Shown here: positions 35,577 through 37,101 of the stretch, piece after piece
How positions within the stretch are numbered: position 1 is the first letter of the stretch
Layout of the letters: each line of letters begins with the position of its first letter
NCBI GenBank assembly: GCA_046583315.1
Contig: JAYGCN010000114.1
Location: 1 to 37,101 of the forward strand
DNA from: Candidatus Hydrogenedentota bacterium
Lineage (GTDB): Bacteria > Hydrogenedentota > Hydrogenedentia > Hydrogenedentales > GCA-2746185
Direction of reading: 5' to 3'
Length of the DNA: 37,101 nucleotides
Program-made: the position numbers and the translations under genes
The notes under the pieces: generated by a model
Told to the model about the DNA's origin: nothing
Seen by the model: only the letters and a program-made list of their open reading frames with translations
Database searches by the model: none

Positions 35577-37101
35577 TTAGTACGAATCGCACGTCTCGTT
35601 GTTCGCGCCGGAGTCGTACGTTAAGCTGCCGTGGGTGACATTCTGCACACAGAAGTTATAGGCGATACCTTTTTTCCCGGTACCCGTCGTCGTCAATGCG
35701 GCCACTCCCGACGAATTGGTCGTTGCTGCGACATTCTCATTGTAGGTTCCGCTGAATGCACCGACTACAGTCGCTCCTTGTACCGGCGCGCCCTGACCGT
35801 CTACCACCGTTACCAACGCACGACCGTATTTTTGGCCGCGGCTGGCTCTTGCCGTGCCGAGCGCGATATCACTCACGTGCAACGTGGTGGCGAGATCCGC
35901 AGTGCTAAACGACCAGACCGATCCCGTCGTCGTCCCGACGGCATTGGTCTCGTCGACACGCCAGTAATAAGTATTCAACGGACTGAGTGTTCCCGGATCA
36001 AATCCTGAACCGGCCTGCGTACCCATAAACTCTCCAACGCCTGGCATCGAGTTCGTACCAAAATACACGTCGGTTTCCGTTGATCCAGAGCCGGTCGTCC
36101 AATCCAGGTCAGCCGATACGGCGACGCCGCTCGCGCCATCACTCGGTGAAGGACTCGAGGCCATGGCTGGGGGATCGGTGGGCGGCGTGCCTACGTCGAT
36201 ATACATATGGTCCACAAGCAATCGATCCCGACTCCGCTGCCCAGACGTGCGATCATCGTCACGCGCCTGCACATAGATGGTGCCGGCGACCGCTCCCAGG
36301 TCATACTGCTGATAGGAATCATTGTCCGACGATTTCGTTACGTTAAACATCGGCGTCCACGGTCCAGAGGGACTCGTTGACCATTCGAAATAGAACAGCG
36401 TGTCCGCATCGCCCGCGTCGGCCCGATGCGCGTCCGCAAAAAATATACTGTTCCCGCTGTTGACGTTAAATGACCAGATGTGTTGCATCCGATCATGGCG
36501 TTTACTCGGCTTTCCACCGGACTCGCGCTCATCGATGATTTCATAGACGTTGTCCTGCGAACGAGTGCTGGTGTAGTTACCGGAGAAGATCTGACCGTAG
36601 ACAGTCTGGTAATCGGACGATGCCGTATCGGGTAATGCTTCCGGCAAGGTCAACGTAAATTGCATGGTCGAACCTGAACTCGAGATCGCAGTAATCACGT
36701 GGCCCGTCTCATAGACCGTTCCGCCCTGATAGGCATTGGTGTCCGGTACGGTATGCGGCCCGATCTCCGACACGTATCCCGCACGATACGCATCGCCGGA
36801 ATCGCCCCGATTTACGTCGCGCTCAAGATCGTAGTCGCCGTCAGCTTGTAAAAGCGCGACCCTATAATGATTGCCATTCGTAGGCCAGCCGGTCTGCCCC
36901 GGGTAACCCTGTGTGTTGTAGCCCGCGTTGTCGTCGATATGCCAGATGGCGAGGCCTCCACCACCCGGAATCACCGATTCAACGCCGACGGGCTGTCGAT
37001 TCTCTATCAGCAGGTACTCATTTGACGGGAAATTGGAGTCGATCTTGTAGATGACCTGATTGAACGCGACCTGAGGTACGGCGTATGTGCCAGACACGGA
37101 A
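35577..37101 (-). CDS. M6 (immune inhibitor A) family metalloprotease, 3' part (5' end outside the window)
   Basis: EYLLIENRQ, GLAIWHIDD, VALLQADGDYDLE and NRGDSGD are typical of the M6 post-catalytic region. They are followed by an Fn3-like module (PSPSDGA...YYWRVDE...WSFST) and an Ig-like C-terminus. The HExxH motif is not in the window. Confidence 0.78.
   Translation of the reverse strand, partial: SVSGTYAVPQVAFNQVIYKIDSNFPSNEYLLIENRQPVGVESVIPGGGGLAIWHIDDNAGYNTQGYPGQTGWPTNGNHYRVALLQADGDYDLERDVNRGDSGDAYRAGYVSEIGPHTVPDTNAYQGGTVYETGHVITAISSSGSTMQFTLTLPEALPDTASSDYQTVYGQIFSGNYTSTRSQDNVYEIIDERESGGKPSKRHDRMQHIWSFNVNSGNSIFFADAHRADAGDADTLFYFEWSTSPSGPWTPMFNVTKSSDNDSYQQYDLGAVAGTIYVQARDDDRTSGQRSRDRLLVDHMYIDVGTPPTDPPAMASSPSPSDGASGVAVSADLDWTTGSGSTETDVYFGTNSMPGVGEFMGTQAGSGFDPGTLSPLNTYYWRVDETNAVGTTTGSVWSFSTADLATTLHVSDIALGTARASRGQKYGRALVTVVDGQGAPVQGATVVGAFSGTYNENVAATTNSSGVAALTTTGTGKKGIAYNFCVQNVTHGSLTYDSGANNETCDSY

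Noticed and set aside
1..37101. CRISPR arrays, tRNA/rRNA genes, IS elements or prophage genes
   Set aside because: No regularly spaced repeats, cloverleaf or rRNA-like tracts, transposase, integrase or phage structural motifs were seen. Nearly all the sequence is accounted for by protein genes.

Overview
A gene-dense bacterial chromosomal segment with about 30 CDS and no rRNA, tRNA, CRISPR array, integrase or transposase that I can see. The gene styles suggest a Hydrogenedentes/Planctomycetes-like organism, but this is low-confidence inference. In order, the window holds: a thiolase; a sigma28-driven flagellin-flaG operon with a GGA-rich structured leader and an intrinsic terminator; a lone queC; a membrane sulfatase/LtaS-like transferase; a PpiD/SurA-like chaperone whose acidic tail is split by a +1 frameshift; a translationally coupled pair of dynamin-like GTPases; a secreted GH36-like protein with degenerate catalytic motifs coupled to ispE; a TIGR02757 protein; ferritin; a partial T2SS/pilus cluster (GspI/J/K-like plus GspF) behind a consensus sigma70 promoter; a TolB-like propeller plus a hypothetical protein; a MoxR-DUF58-transglutaminase triad; orphan oppD/oppF divergent from an OSBS/NSAR enolase-family gene; a secreted beta-helix protein; a tandem NTF2-like protein; an MHYT-receiver fusion lacking the kinase core; a CxxCH/copper-monooxygenase/EF-hand fusion; a probable gene remnant; and the 3' part of an M6 metalloprotease. 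The best leads are the dynamin-like pair, the haem-c copper monooxygenase, the kinase-less MHYT-REC fusion, two apparent pseudoenzymes and the flagellin leader. All assignments come from motif recognition by eye. No database searches were run.
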